Source of the DNA: a bacterium | GTDB taxonomy: Bacteria > UBA8248 | Reading direction: 5' to 3' | Assembly (NCBI GenBank): GCA_965261085.1 | Contig: OZ253442.1 | Span: forward strand, 608,001 to 672,000 | DNA: 64,000 bases | Part shown: positions 13,090-22,670 of the stretch, one piece after another | How the letters are laid out: every line of letters starts with the position of its first letter | Numbering within the stretch: position 1 is the stretch's first letter | Notes under the pieces: generated by a model | The model's database searches: none | Told to the model about the DNA's origin: nothing | Seen by the model: only the letters and a program-made list of their open reading frames with translations | Position numbers and translations under genes: made by a program

Positions 13090-14451
13090 TCAGGATAAGT
13101 CTATCTTTTGCTCGAGCGTCTGGATGGTGGCGGAGAGGGACGGATCCGTTTTGAGCAGGCTCTCGATCTTGTTGGTTGAGTGAATCACCGTAGAATGATC
13201 CTTCCCGCCGAAGCGTCGGCCGATTTCGGTGGTTGAGGCGCGCGTGAGCTTTCTCGCGAGAAACATGGCGATCTGACGGGGGACGGCGAAAGAGCGCGAG
13301 CGGTTTTTTGATTTTAAATCGGTGACGCGCACCTGGAAGTGCTCCGCCACGATTTTCTGGATGTTGTCCACGGATGAATTGCGAGTGGGATCACGGATAA
13401 TGCCCCGCAACACCTCTTGAGCAACGGGAAGGTCAATCTCGATATTGTGCAAAGAGGAGTGAATGCTGAGTTTTATGAGGCAACCCTCGAGTTCCCGGAC
13501 GTTGGAGCGAACCTTCTCGGCGATGTAATGGGCGACCTCGGTATCGAGGGAAAGGCCCTGTTCACTCGCCTTTTGTTGCAGAATGGCTACTTTGGTCTCG
13601 AAGTCCGGCGCGCCGACATCCGCAATCATCCCCGAGATAAAGCGCGACCTGAGGCGATCCTCCAGCCGGGGCGTGTCATTGGGCATTTTATCGCTCGTGA
13701 TGACGATCTGTTTCCTTGTGTCTTGTAAGTCGTTGAAGGTAAAGAAGAACTCCTCTTGGGTGCGTTCCTTTCCGGCGATGAACTGGATGTCATCTATCAT
13801 CAGAATGTCCACTTTTCGGTATTTGCTCCTAAAAGCGGCCATCTGATTCTGTCTGATCGAAGAGATGAGGTCGTTGATGAAGTTCTCTGAGGAGGTGTAG
13901 AAAATGCGTGTTCTCGGGCGTCGGTCGAGAACATGGTGGGCGATAGCGTGCATGAGGTGGGTTTTCCCGAGCCCCACGCCGCCGTAGATGAAAAGCGGGT
14001 TGAGCGCGACTCCCTTGCCGTCCGCCAGGCGAAGGCTGCAAGCGTGGGCGAATTGGTTCGAGCCGCCCACCACGAAGTTCTCGAAACGGTGTCTGGGGTT
14101 GAGAAAGTCCGGCTTCTCGGAGGGAGTATGGGGCTCCTCCGGAAGCGCCAGAATCTTCTTTGCCGGGACAATTTCGTCCGGCGCATATAAGGTGCTCGCT
14201 CCGTTGGTCGGCCCGTCGCCCACCGAGATAGTGAGCGCTACGTCCGGCCCGGCCTCTTGTTTAAGTATGTCCGAGATGATTCCCCAATAACGCGAGCGCA
14301 AAGTGCCCGCCGTGAACGGATCGGGAACCTGAATCGCCAGGGAGGATTCGCTCGCGCCGAGTTCCTCGACGCCGGCGAACCAGCGGGCGAACGTCTGAGG
14401 GGAGACCTCTTCCTTGATTTTAGCCTCGCAGCGCTGCCAGAGAGTCGTCAT
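13090..14451 (-). CDS. dnaA: Chromosomal replication initiator DnaA
   Basis: FENFVVG, NPLFIYGGVGLGKTHL, IDDIQF, NVRELEG, GGKDHSTVIH. Confidence 0.97.
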   Translation of the reverse strand: MTTLWQRCEAKIKEEVSPQTFARWFAGVEELGASESSLAIQVPDPFTAGTLRSRYWGIISDILKQEAGPDVALTISVGDGPTNGASTLYAPDEIVPAKKILALPEEPHTPSEKPDFLNPRHRFENFVVGGSNQFAHACSLRLADGKGVALNPLFIYGGVGLGKTHLMHAIAHHVLDRRPRTRIFYTSSENFINDLISSIRQNQMAAFRSKYRKVDILMIDDIQFIAGKERTQEEFFFTFNDLQDTRKQIVITSDKMPNDTPRLEDRLRSRFISGMIADVGAPDFETKVAILQQKASEQGLSLDTEVAHYIAEKVRSNVRELEGCLIKLSIHSSLHNIEIDLPVAQEVLRGIIRDPTRNSSVDNIQKIVAEHFQVRVTDLKSKNRSRSFAVPRQIAMFLARKLTRASTTEIGRRFGGKDHSTVIHSTNKIESLLKTDPSLSATIQTLEQKIDLS

Positions 14452-14514
14452 CAGGAGAACCAATTCGCAACATTCGTCGCGCGGCAGGGTATTCTGCGCC
14501 GCGCAAGAACAAGT

Positions 14515-14598
14515 TTATCCACAGAGCGAGACAATAGCCGATTTAAAGGAGCATTTTTCCACAAAACGCTCGGCAAAGGCAAGCATTTTTCCACAAAA
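14515..14598. promoter_or_regulatory. DnaA box cluster upstream of dnaA (second half of bipartite oriC)
   Basis: TTATCCACA 14515-14523; TTTTCCACA 14555-14563 and 14587-14595, each inside a repeated GCATTTTTCCACAAAA. Confidence 0.75.
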
Positions 14599-14731
14599 AG
14601 TGTCGAAAAATCCGCTTTTTCTCTTTTGTGAGTGAAAATCCACCTTCCTCGAGAAAAAGCGAACAAGACGTGGAAAGGATTCCCTGATCGCCCGAGTCTG
14701 GCGAATTTAGACGCGCCTCAACAAGTAGTTC

Positions 14732-14760
14732 TTGACAATCAGGGTTTGGGTGGCTACTTT
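14732..14760 (+). promoter_or_regulatory. Putative sigma70 promoter of the rpmH operon
   Basis: TTGACA-N17-TACTTT. Confidence 0.55.
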
Positions 14761-14841
14761 ACGCTCGGCTTCTTTGGAGAGGCTCCACCTCACGGTTACG
14801 TGAAGCAATGATCGGCCTTGGGCCAGTAGATGGAGTATTTG

Positions 14842-14982
14842 GTGAAACGAACTTACCAGCCGAATAGAAGAAAACGAGCGAAGACGCATGGGTTTCGCCG
14901 CCGGATGAAGACCACCGGCGGGCGCACGATCATAAAGCGCCGCCGGGCCAAGGGTCGCAAGCGCCTCGGCGTTTCCGCTTAG
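14842..14982 (+). CDS. rpmH: 50S ribosomal protein L34
   Basis: Manual translation (GTG start): [46 protein letters not shown]; below the ORF-track length cutoff. Confidence 0.97.
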   Translation: MKRTYQPNRRKRAKTHGFRRRMKTTGGRTIIKRRRAKGRKRLGVSA

Positions 14983-15024
14983 GCGGCGAACCGGGCCGTC
15001 GACCCCGACCGGGAGGGCGCGGAC

Positions 15025-15372
15025 ATGGACGAGAGCTTCCCCCCGGAGCTCCGAATCCGCAAGGGGAGCGAGTTCGCCGTCGTTCTCAGAAAGGGACGCA
15101 AGCGCAGGTGTCCGTACTTCACGCTGCATATCTTACCCAACCCTTCGCGGGATCGCGCGCGACTCGGCATCATCGCGTCTCGCCGAGTGGGCGGCGCCGT
15201 TCAGAGGAACCGAGCCAAGCGGCTTCTCCGCGAGGCGTTTCGACGTCACGGTTCTCCCCTCCCCGGGGGAGTAGACCTTGTGGCCGTGGCGAGAAATTCG
15301 ATCGCCAGGGCGAGGCTAGAGGATGTTGAAAGGGCGTTCCACAACGCTTTCCATGGGAAAACGAATTCCTGA
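15025..15372 (+). CDS. rnpA: Ribonuclease P protein component
   Basis: RLGIIASRRVGGAVQRNRAKRLLRE (RNR motif); synteny. Confidence 0.93.
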   Translation: MDESFPPELRIRKGSEFAVVLRKGRKRRCPYFTLHILPNPSRDRARLGIIASRRVGGAVQRNRAKRLLREAFRRHGSPLPGGVDLVAVARNSIARARLEDVERAFHNAFHGKTNS

Positions 15373-15610
15373 AAAAGGGATCGGCCCCGTATCGCAGGCC
15401 GCGCGCGTCGTGGCGACCATTCTGGTTCGAGGGTATCAACTCGTCTTGTCTCCCGTGATGCCGGGCAGTTGTCGGTTTTCACCCTCTTGCTCTCATTACG
15501 CGCTCGAGGCATTTCGACGCCACGCGCCCACGCGGGCCTTGTGGCTCACCGTGCGCCGCATCGGGCGTTGTCATCCATTTCACCCAGGGGGGAACGATCC
15601 GGTTCCCTGA
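15353..15610 (+). CDS. yidD: Membrane protein insertion efficiency factor YidD
   Basis: YQLVLSP, CRFSPSCSHYA, RCHPFHPGGNDPVP. Confidence 0.93.
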   Translation: MGKRIPEKGIGPVSQAARVVATILVRGYQLVLSPVMPGSCRFSPSCSHYALEAFRRHAPTRALWLTVRRIGRCHPFHPGGNDPVP

Positions 15611-15636
15611 TGGATCCGGTGGAGACACTTTACATC

Positions 15637-17280
15637 ATGGAAAAAAACGCGATTCTCGCCGCCGTCTTGTCGATGGCGATACTCATTGGCTGGCAATACA
15701 TCGTCGTGAAGCCGATGGAAAACGAACAGGTCCAGAAACAAAAGGTGGCCAAGGCGCGTGCGGCGGCCCAGAACAAAGGACGATCGAGCGCAGCGAGCGC
15801 GCCGCTCAAGGCGCCGGCTTCCGGCTTCGTCGCGCCGGGCGCGCGCGCCACTCCTTCCGCGCCCACGCAGGCCTCCCCGGGGCGACGCGTTCGGGTAGAC
15901 GTGGGCGACGCGGTGTATGAGTTGACCAACCGGGGGGCGGGCTTTTTGTCTGCGCGCCTCCTCAAGTACAAGCAAGGCAAGCAGAACTTCGTCGAACTCG
16001 CGCCCGGGGGTCGTCCGGACGTGCGGCCTCTTTTCTTCTGGGGCGGCAAGACCGCGCAGCGGCTCAACGAAGCCTCCTACCAGGTCGAGGGTGGCGACCT
16101 CTCGCTCTCAAAAGACCATCCGGAAGGTACGGTTCGCTTCCTCTACCGGGGAGCGGACGGCCTCTCGGCGGAGAAGGCGTTCTCCTTCCGCCACAACGAA
16201 TACAACATCCAGACGAAAATCCGCGTCACCCGGCCCTCCGGCAATGAGGCGATGGGAATCGTCTGGGGCCCGCGCGTAGGAGGAAGCGACGGCAACACTT
16301 ATGGCGGCGTCATCGAGGGGCCGATGAGCTTCGTCGGCGAGGATCTCGAATACGACTACCCCGAGGAGGCAAAATCCGTCACCCACGGCGAGAAACTCAA
16401 GTGGACCTCGCTCCAATCGAAGCACTTCATCGCGGCGCTCATCCCCCGAAGCGGCGCGGGCGGCGCGGAGATTCGCCTGCTCTCCAAGACGGACGATCTG
16501 AGCGAATACGCCGCCATCGTACCCCTCTCGCAGGGAACGGACGTCGAGGCGGTCTTCGACGTCTACGTGGGGCCGAAGGCGCTGGAGAGCCTTGAGAAGC
16601 TCAAGGTCAACCTCGAGGATTCTCTCGACTACGGGAAGTTCTCCTTTATCGCCAACCCGCTCATGTCGGTTCTGCGCGCCTTTCACTCGGTCGTGGGTAA
16701 CTGGGGCGTGTCCATCATCCTGCTGACGATTCTGGTGAAAATTATCTTCTATCCGCTCACCCACGTCAGCATGCGCAACATGAAGGAGATGCAGAAACTC
16801 CAGCCGCGCATCACGCAACTGCGCGAGATCTACAAGGACGACAAGAGCAGGCTGAACGAGCAGACCATGGGCTTGTATAAGGAGCACAAGGTCAACCCGA
16901 TGATGGGCTGTCTGCCCATGATCATACAGATTCCCGTTTTCTTCGGGTTGTATGAGGCGCTCTTGGTGTCGATAGAGCTGCGAAACGCGCCGTTTTTCGG
17001 CTGGGTGCAAGACCTTTCCGTGCAGGACCCCTACCACGTATATACGATACTCATGGGTGCTTCGATGTTCTTGCAGCAGAAGATGACGCCCACCGCGGCC
17101 GATCCCACCCAGGCGAAGATGATGATGTTCATGCCCATCGTCTTCACGGGCATGTTCATCTTCTATCCCGTGCCCGTGGGGTTGGTGATCTATTGGCTGG
17201 TGAACAACCTGCTCTCCATCGCGCAGCAGTTCTACGTGAACCGATCCGTGCAGCCGCCCAAGCTGGCCGAGGAGAGTTGA
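15637..17280 (+). CDS. yidC: Membrane protein insertase YidC
   Basis: GNWGVSIILLT, KVNPMMGCLPMIIQIP, GLVIYWLVNN; start at MEKNAIL after GGAG. Confidence 0.95.
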   Translation: MEKNAILAAVLSMAILIGWQYIVVKPMENEQVQKQKVAKARAAAQNKGRSSAASAPLKAPASGFVAPGARATPSAPTQASPGRRVRVDVGDAVYELTNRGAGFLSARLLKYKQGKQNFVELAPGGRPDVRPLFFWGGKTAQRLNEASYQVEGGDLSLSKDHPEGTVRFLYRGADGLSAEKAFSFRHNEYNIQTKIRVTRPSGNEAMGIVWGPRVGGSDGNTYGGVIEGPMSFVGEDLEYDYPEEAKSVTHGEKLKWTSLQSKHFIAALIPRSGAGGAEIRLLSKTDDLSEYAAIVPLSQGTDVEAVFDVYVGPKALESLEKLKVNLEDSLDYGKFSFIANPLMSVLRAFHSVVGNWGVSIILLTILVKIIFYPLTHVSMRNMKEMQKLQPRITQLREIYKDDKSRLNEQTMGLYKEHKVNPMMGCLPMIIQIPVFFGLYEALLVSIELRNAPFFGWVQDLSVQDPYHVYTILMGASMFLQQKMTPTAADPTQAKMMMFMPIVFTGMFIFYPVPVGLVIYWLVNNLLSIAQQFYVNRSVQPPKLAEES

Positions 17281-17365
17281 CGCGGAAAATGCCCTGGCGA
17301 TCCCCTGAAGCGGCCTGGCCGGCCCGCCCGGCGCACAGTTCCTCGAAAATCCGGGAGACGAGAAA

Positions 17366-18457
17366 ATGAGTCTTGGCGGCGATGGCTGGAGCGACGGCGA
17401 TGCGGAAGGCCCGGGCTTTCACTTTTTCCCTCCGGGCGAAAACCCCGACCTGACCCCCATCGCGGAAATGTCGGGCCGCGCGCTCAGGCGCGTCATCGAG
17501 GGCGTGGACCTGGAAATCCTCGCCCTCGCCCTTCGCGACGCGCAGCCGCGGGTAATCGAGCGGGTGCTCAGAAACGTCTCCTCCAAAAACGCGGCCCACC
17601 TTCGCGAGGAAATGGAGCGCTCAGGCTCTGAGGAGAGCGAGCGCAGCGTCGAGGCGCGCCAGATGTTGATGCAAACCGCCTACACCATGAAAAACCACGG
17701 CGACATTACGTTCGAGGGTCCCGCCGACGACGCCATCCCTCCGCTGGATCGGGCGCTCGAGGACGGACTCGCCGCGTTCCACTCCCCTGAGAGCAAGGCC
17801 GAGCACGCCGTTTCGCTCATCGTCGCCCTGGCCGCACGGGCGGAGCTGCACGGACTGCTTTCTCTCGAGCCGGCTCTCGAGAGAAGTCCGGACGGAATTT
17901 TCTCCACCGGCCTTCGGATGCTGGCGGATCAGGCGCCCTGGGACGAGGTCGAGATGATTCTCGCCCGGCAGATCGACTCCTCTCTCGGCGCTATGGAAAG
18001 AAACAAGGAGATCGCCATCGAGGGCGCGCTGGCGATTCTCGAGGGCGCGAGCGAGGATCGCGCGCGGGCGAGGCTCGTCGCCTTCCTGCCCGAGGGCGAG
18101 GCGGATTACGAGCGCCTGCCCGGCGTACGGTTTTCGCCCTCGGCCCAAGCCACGGTCGACATCATCAGCCTGTGCGTGGAGCTCGCAGGTTTGGCCTCCC
18201 GCGATGAGGGCGGCGCGATAGCGGAGCGCCTCGAATGGATTCAGGAACCCCTTCTCAAAACGGGGCTCAAGTGGGCGCTCGACGGCGCCTCGATAGAAGA
18301 CGTCGAGAGACTCCTCAGCCGTAAAGGGCAGACGCGCCTCGACAGGGAGCGCAGAAAGCTCGAGTGTCTGGCGGAGGGTTTGATGCTCATCCGTGAGGGC
18401 CACCCCGAAGGCTTCATCCGGGAGGCGCTCGGCGGCTATATCGAGGATGAGGCTTGA
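17366..18457 (+). CDS. FliG C-terminal-domain protein fused to two MotA-cytoplasmic-like segments
   Basis: N-terminal VDLEILALALRD..IERVLRNVSSKNAAHLREEME resembles FliG_C; ARAELHGLLSLE..GLRMLAD and EPLLKTGLKWALDG resemble the MotA cytoplasmic region. Confidence 0.65.
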   Translation: MSLGGDGWSDGDAEGPGFHFFPPGENPDLTPIAEMSGRALRRVIEGVDLEILALALRDAQPRVIERVLRNVSSKNAAHLREEMERSGSEESERSVEARQMLMQTAYTMKNHGDITFEGPADDAIPPLDRALEDGLAAFHSPESKAEHAVSLIVALAARAELHGLLSLEPALERSPDGIFSTGLRMLADQAPWDEVEMILARQIDSSLGAMERNKEIAIEGALAILEGASEDRARARLVAFLPEGEADYERLPGVRFSPSAQATVDIISLCVELAGLASRDEGGAIAERLEWIQEPLLKTGLKWALDGASIEDVERLLSRKGQTRLDRERRKLECLAEGLMLIREGHPEGFIREALGGYIEDEA

Positions 18458-19050
18458 GCGTGGCGGCCCCGCGCACCGAGTGGACGCTTCCTGTCCGCAA
18501 CCGCCACCTCCTGCTCACCGGAGGAAGGCGACGGGCCATGCCGCCCACGAAGACGCTGCGCGGCCTGGGCCTAAAGCGCGGCATGAGTTTTCTGGACGTG
18601 GGCTGCGGCCCGGGGTATTTTTCGATTCCCGCCTGCGGCGTGGTGGGAAAATACGGCCGCGTGCTCGCTTGCGACATCTCGCCCGTGATGATCACCGAAC
18701 TCCGGAAAGCGGCGAATGAGCGCGGTTACGCTCACCTGACGGCGAAGCGAAGCCAGGACTCCCAGCTTCCCTTTCCGGATGCGAACGCGGATTTCACTCT
18801 CATCGCGTTCGTGCTTCACGGAGTGGCCGACGTCCAGCCCCTCCTCGCCGAATCTTGGCGCGCGATGAAGAAAAACGCCGCCATCACGCTGATCGAATGG
18901 CACAAGAAGGCCATGGATATGGGGCCGCCCCTGGCCGCGCGGTTTAAGCCCGAAGAACTCGTGGCCGAGTTGAGCAAGGCGGGCTTTCAGAGAGCCTGTT
19001 GGTGGGATTTCGACGGCAACACCTATTTCGTCTCCGCGCAAGCGCCCTAG
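18454..19050 (+). CDS. Class I SAM-dependent methyltransferase
   Basis: FLDVGCGPGYF motif I, LPFPD, IEWHKKAMDMGPP. Confidence 0.85.
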   Translation: MSVAAPRTEWTLPVRNRHLLLTGGRRRAMPPTKTLRGLGLKRGMSFLDVGCGPGYFSIPACGVVGKYGRVLACDISPVMITELRKAANERGYAHLTAKRSQDSQLPFPDANADFTLIAFVLHGVADVQPLLAESWRAMKKNAAITLIEWHKKAMDMGPPLAARFKPEELVAELSKAGFQRACWWDFDGNTYFVSAQAP

Positions 19051-19137
19051 CGGCCGCCAAAGCGGGGGGGATACGTTATAATACGGCCTTCATCGGCGGG
19101 CCATGCGTGGTCCTGGCGTTTCTTGACGAGGGGGAAT

Positions 19138-19508
19138 ATGCGTTCACGAAAAGGCTTCTTCATGCTAATCGTAGCCCTCGTCCTGACGCTCAACAACTTC
19201 TTGTTCGCCATGAATCCGAAGGCGGCCAAGCCCATATTCGACTGGATAGACCCTTTCGTGATCGTCGGCCTGGCGCTTGTTTTCATCGATAAAATTCTCG
19301 ATTCAATGAAAACGAAGCCGAATGGCACCGCCTCATGGTGGCGGTCCTGGCCGGGGCGCTGGCTCATTTGTACGCCTACAATTACTTGGCCAAGATGGCG
19401 GGCAGCGGCCTTGAGAGCGGAACCTTGTGGCTGGTGATGGTGCCGTTTGCGGTTTCCCTCCTCGCCTACGAGGGCTTTTTGATGATTCGCGCGTCGGGGC
19501 GGGAGTGA
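19138..19508 (+). pseudogene. Small multi-TM membrane protein with a 1-nt frameshift near 19300-19304 (possibly a sequencing indel)
   Basis: Hydrophobic N-half; another frame continues FNENEAEWHRLMVAVLAGALAHLYAYNY...LWLVMVPFAVSLLAYEGFLMIRASGRE*. Confidence 0.55.
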
Positions 19509-19521
19509 GGTGACGGACGAG

Positions 19522-20283
19522 ATGGAAGATAAATCCTCGATTCAAGGGCACGTGGCGCTCGTGACGGCGGGCGCGGTGGGCATCGGCGAAGCGATAGTCG
19601 AACGCCTGGCGTATGAGGGCGCGCGCGTTGCGCTGCTGGACCTCGACGATGCGCTGGGCGAGGCGGCCGCGCGGCGGATAAACGATTCGGGTGGCGAGGT
19701 GCGCTTCATCAATACGGACGCCACCTCGGCGAACGAGATCAAAGCGGCCGTGGAAGAGGCGCTCGTCGCCTGGGGGCGCCTCGACATTCTGGTGAACTGC
19801 GCGGGCGGCTTCGTGGAGAATCCCGCCATCGAGGAGCTTGACGAAGCGCAGTGGCGCCGGGTCGTGGACTTAAACTTGAAAAGCGCCTATCTGTGCGCGC
19901 GCGCGGCGACGCCTTTTATGAAGAAAGCCGGCTATGGCCGCATCGTGAACATCTCCTCGCAGTCGGGCCGCGACGCAGTTGTGGAGACGGGCCTCGCCTA
20001 CAGCGCGGCAAAGGCGGGTCTGTTCGGTTTTTGCAGGCGCCTGGCGGTCGAAGCCGCGCCCCACGGCATCACGGTGAACACGGTGGCTCCGGGCGTCGTG
20101 CTCACCCCGAGGACGGCCGTCCTCCATAAGGACAGGCTGCCCGAGATAATTTCGAAAATTCCGGTGGGCCGCCTGGCGGACGCCGCGGACATCGCCGACA
20201 CCGTGTGGTATCTCGCCAGACCCGAGGCGCGCTACGTGACGGGCGTGACGCTCGACGTCAACGGCGGAAGATACGTCCACTAG
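19522..20283 (+). CDS. SDR family oxidoreductase (FabG-like)
   Basis: TAGAVGIG, LVNCAG, NISS, YSAAK, LDVNGG. Confidence 0.9.
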   Translation: MEDKSSIQGHVALVTAGAVGIGEAIVERLAYEGARVALLDLDDALGEAAARRINDSGGEVRFINTDATSANEIKAAVEEALVAWGRLDILVNCAGGFVENPAIEELDEAQWRRVVDLNLKSAYLCARAATPFMKKAGYGRIVNISSQSGRDAVVETGLAYSAAKAGLFGFCRRLAVEAAPHGITVNTVAPGVVLTPRTAVLHKDRLPEIISKIPVGRLADAADIADTVWYLARPEARYVTGVTLDVNGGRYVH

Positions 20284-20296
20284 AGAGGGCTTTCCC

Positions 20297-21055
20297 GTGC
20301 ACGAACGATCCTCCATCAAAGATCACGTCGCCATCGTCACCGGCGCCACAGACGGCATCGGTCTGGCGACGGCGATACGCTTCGCGGATGAGGGCGCGAA
20401 GGTGGCCATCATGGGGCGGGATCCCGAGCGGGGAACCGCGGCGCTCGCCACGGTGGGCGCGCACGGCGACGCCATCTACGTCCAGGGCGACGCCGCCCGC
20501 ACGGAAGACGTCGACCTTCTTTTCGCCCGCACGCTCGGCGCGTGGGGCCGCCTCGATATTCTGGTGAACTGCGCGGGTGGCTTCGTGGAGGTGTCCGACA
20601 TCGAGGATCTTGACGAGGCGGAGTGGGCGAAGATCGTGGACTGGAACCTGACGAGTTGTTATCTCGCCTCCCGGGCGGCGACGGCCCCCATGAAGGAGAG
20701 GGGCTATGGCCGCATCGTGAACATCTCCTCCATCTCCGCGCGCGATGCTCTCCCGAACATCTCGCTGGTTTACAGCGCCGCGAAATCCGCGATGCAGGGC
20801 TTCACGAGAAGGCTCGCGGCCGAACTCGCTCCCCACGGCATCACGGTGAACGCGGTAGCCCCGGGCGTGACGCTCACCAAGCGCTTTCGCCTCGTGCACC
20901 AGGAGCGCGTGCCGCAGATAGTGGCGAGCCTCCCCGTGGGCTTCGGCGGGGAGCCGGAGGATATCGCCGACGCGATCTGGTATTTCTCCACGCCGGGCTC
21001 GGGCTACGTTACGGGTGCGACCATCGACGTGAATGGCGGTCAATACGTGAATTAG
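20297..21055 (+). CDS. SDR family oxidoreductase, tandem paralog of the upstream gene
   Basis: TGATDGIG; shares AWGRLDILVNCAGGFVE, GYGRIVNISS and YSAAK with neighbour. Confidence 0.9.
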   Translation: MHERSSIKDHVAIVTGATDGIGLATAIRFADEGAKVAIMGRDPERGTAALATVGAHGDAIYVQGDAARTEDVDLLFARTLGAWGRLDILVNCAGGFVEVSDIEDLDEAEWAKIVDWNLTSCYLASRAATAPMKERGYGRIVNISSISARDALPNISLVYSAAKSAMQGFTRRLAAELAPHGITVNAVAPGVTLTKRFRLVHQERVPQIVASLPVGFGGEPEDIADAIWYFSTPGSGYVTGATIDVNGGQYVN

Positions 21056-21163
21056 GGGTTTGGAAAATTTCGCTCCGCGCACCTCGAAACCGCGTGGTTT
21101 CATGATATCATCTCCAGGCTCGAGAGTTTTCAAAGCCGTCTAAATATTAGAGGAGCTAAGCAA

Positions 21164-21562
21164 ATGCGACGCCCCATGCTTGTGATCGCCTTGTTCTTGC
21201 TCGCCGCCGCCCTGGTCTTCCCGCAAGCCGCGCTCGCCGAAGGCCGCTGGAAGCCCTACGACGCCAAGGCGTTCACCCAGGCCAAAAAGGACGGAAAGAC
21301 GATATTCGTCTCCGTCCACACAGACTGGTGAGGTACCTGCAAGCGGCAGGTGCCGCTGCTACAGTCCCTGATGCAGGAGAAGAAGTTCGCCAACGCCGCC
21401 ACGTTCCAGGTGCAGTACGACACCCAGCGCGATTTTCTCAAGGCGCACAAAGTTCGCTGGCAGTCGACGATTCTCGTCTTTAAGGGCGCGCAGGAAAAAG
21501 GCCGCTCGACGGGCGACGTGGACAAGGCGAGTATACGAAACCTCATGGAGCGCGCGCTTTAG
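21164..21562 (+). CDS. Exported thioredoxin-like selenoprotein (UxxC), in-frame UGA at 21329-21331
   Basis: AGGAG RBS, signal peptide, VSVHTDW-U-GTCKRQ, frame continues to TAG 21562; hairpin AGCGGC-AGGT-GCCGCT at 21342-21357. Confidence 0.88.
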
Positions 21563-21584
21563 GGCGGGCGAATCCGGCGCACCG

Positions 21585-21608
21585 AGGCCCGCTACGGCGG
21601 GCCTTTTT
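21585..21608 (+). terminator. Rho-independent terminator
   Basis: AGGCCCGC-TACG-GCGGGCCT followed by a T-run, between convergent genes. Confidence 0.75.
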
Positions 21609-21614
21609 GCGTTT

Positions 21615-22670
21615 TTACCTAAGCGGTGAAACGGCGACCTCCCCGTCTTTGATGGAGATGTCCGTCCCGTAGGGAGCGGAGAAATTCTGCATCATGTTCA
21701 CGATCGCGCGGCCCTCTCCCTGTCTGGGCGAGAGCAGCCGGGGCGCGCGGTCCACGCCGCAGCGGCAGGGGATGAGGTGAAGGTCGCTCACTCCTTCCTC
21801 CTCCATACGCCCGCCCAGCAGAAACGTCTGATTCGTCGCCTCCGTGAAAAACGGTTCGATCTCATCGAAGATCAGATTTCCGGTGCAGTGGACGATGGGC
21901 CGGCCGTTATAGAACTCGATCGCAGAGAGGACGTGCTGGTGCCCGCCGAAAACGGCGCAGGCGCCTGCGTCGATCGCCGCGTGCCCGATCTCCCTTTGGT
22001 GCTCGTGCACCTCGTGGCGTATGCTCACCCCCCAGTGCTGGTACACGAAAACGAGGTCGACTTGTTCCTTGAGCCGCCCGATGTCTTCTTTCATCCGCGC
22101 GAGGTCCTCCGCCACCGCCCAGGAATGGATGACGGGTTCGGAAGCCGGGTATTCGTCCAGGTTTCTGAGCGGCGTGTAGGACGTTCTGACGCGCAGCGGG
22201 TTTACCCCGGGTTCATCCGGGCCGGCCGCGTGGCTTTGGGGCAGCACGGACGAGTAGGCGAGCAGGCCGAGCTTAAGTCCGCCGCGTTCCACGATGGCGG
22301 GTGCTCCCGCTTCTTCTGAATCCATACCTGCGCCCGTGAAGGGGATGCCCGCGCGGCGCAGCGTCACCATGGTCTGCTCGAGCGAAGCAACTCCAAAGTC
22401 GAGCATGTGGTTGTTCGCGATTCCCACCGCGTCGAAGCCGGCGTCCACCAGGCCCGCCACGAGAGCGGGGCGCCCCCGGTGGCGGGTAGGCTTTCCCTTC
22501 ATGAGTTCGCCGCGCGTGGAGAGCGCGTTCTCGAGGTTCGCGAAAGAAAAATCGGCGTCTCGAAAAAATTTCCCCAGGCGGCCGAACATTCCCTTGGCCG
22601 AACCCCTGTCTGGCGCCAGGTCTCCGCTCGTGAGAAAAGAAGCGGTTTTTTGCGGATTCTTTTTATTCAT
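21615..22670 (-). CDS. CapA/PgsA family metallophosphoesterase-like protein
   Basis: GD, ANLE, IANNHMLDFG, HWG, GGHQH, GNLIFD. Confidence 0.88.
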   Translation of the reverse strand: MNKKNPQKTASFLTSGDLAPDRGSAKGMFGRLGKFFRDADFSFANLENALSTRGELMKGKPTRHRGRPALVAGLVDAGFDAVGIANNHMLDFGVASLEQTMVTLRRAGIPFTGAGMDSEEAGAPAIVERGGLKLGLLAYSSVLPQSHAAGPDEPGVNPLRVRTSYTPLRNLDEYPASEPVIHSWAVAEDLARMKEDIGRLKEQVDLVFVYQHWGVSIRHEVHEHQREIGHAAIDAGACAVFGGHQHVLSAIEFYNGRPIVHCTGNLIFDEIEPFFTEATNQTFLLGGRMEEEGVSDLHLIPCRCGVDRAPRLLSPRQGEGRAIVNMMQNFSAPYGTDISIKDGEVAVSPLR

